A stretch of 64,000 nucleotides of DNA, from NCBI RefSeq assembly GCF_036321535.1, contig NC_087436.1:108502001-108566000 (forward strand). Reading direction: 5' to 3'. Both the position numbers and the translations under genes were made by a program. The notes beneath the pieces were generated by a model. The model had not been told where the DNA came from and ran no database searches. It was given only the letters and a program-made list of their open reading frames with translations. Every line of letters starts with the position of its first letter. Position 1 is the first letter of the stretch. This document shows positions 63,370 to 64,000 of this stretch, one piece after another. The stretch is from Camelus dromedarius (taxonomy: Eukaryota).

Positions 63370-64000
63370 TTGAGCAATGGTTAGGAGTATGGACTCTGAA
63401 ATGATATAATCCATGATCTAATCCCAGTTTGGCCACTTAATATTTTAGGAAAGTTACTTAATCTTCCAAATTCTTATTTCCATGTGTATAAAAGGTAATA
63501 TTAGTAACACCCTGTATGCCAGTTGGAGCAGGTCACATTTGATTCAGAAGTATCAATGGCTTAAGAAAGTTGATGTGTAGTTCTCATTCATATCACAGTT
63601 TGGACGTGTCAGGCGGCTCTCCTAGTAGCGCTCAGTGTTTCTCCAACTCATGGCTTCATCTTCCCCTACGGTCTCTTTGGAGTCTACCTCTAGAGCTGCT
63701 ATATTCAGCTGGTGATCAAAAAAAAATTATTTTTGAAGAATATCTTTCCTGATTTTTTGACCCAGAAGTGATAAACAACACTCTTGCTCACATTCACTGG
63801 TAAAATCCAGTGACAAGGCTTCATTTAAGTGCCGTAGACACAGAGAAATGCAGTTCCTAGCTAGCTTTTCCCCAGTAATGATTCTACACCATCGAAGGTG
63901 ACCTTTTGCAGGCAGCTGACCTTCTCTGCCACACATTTTTCATGGGATTGTCATGAGGACTAAAAGGAGTATATGTAGAGCCCTTAGCATTTGGCACATA
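63370..64000 (+). mobile_element. MIR split by an MLT1 LTR
   Basis: aatcccagtttggccactt...aagttacttaatctt before the LTR; gggattgtcatgaggactaaa...cttagcatttggcacata after it. Confidence 0.75.
63514..63932 (-). mobile_element. Old MLT1 (H-K-like) LTR
   Basis: caatggcttaag...cagaagtg...ttgctcacattcactgg...agaaatgcagttc...ttctctgccaca. Confidence 0.65.

Noticed and set aside
1..64000. A novel multi-gene system or an identifiable host gene
   Set aside because: No coding exon chain or recognisable protein found; locus identity needs a genome alignment

Overview
AT-rich, CpG-poor mammalian non-coding DNA (intergenic, or deep inside a very long intron). I recognise no protein-coding gene, rRNA or functional tRNA. 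The listed ORFs are chance ORFs or decayed retroelement pieces. Much of the window is transposon fossils: ancient MIR and L2, old L1M fragments, MaLR/ERV LTRs (MLT1, MER31-like, LTR33-like), and hAT DNA transposons (MER58A, MER45A x2, MER94). Younger elements are cetartiodactyl-type L1 3' ends and one short tRNA-derived SINE. That repertoire, with no Alu, B1/B2, BovB/Bov-tA, PRE-1 or CanSINE seen, suggests a camelid genome (inference). Family names come from recalled consensus motifs, not a database search, and TE boundaries are approximate unless a TSD is quoted. The best leads are a GATA-dense CpG-retaining enhancer candidate (~5.7-6.3 kb), a CTCF motif beside a CpG-retaining block, several well-formed but unverified splice-site pairs (candidate non-coding exons/microexons on both strands), an inverted pair of young L1 tails, and recurrent L1 truncation at a G-rich tract. 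The sequence alone does not support a novel biological system.
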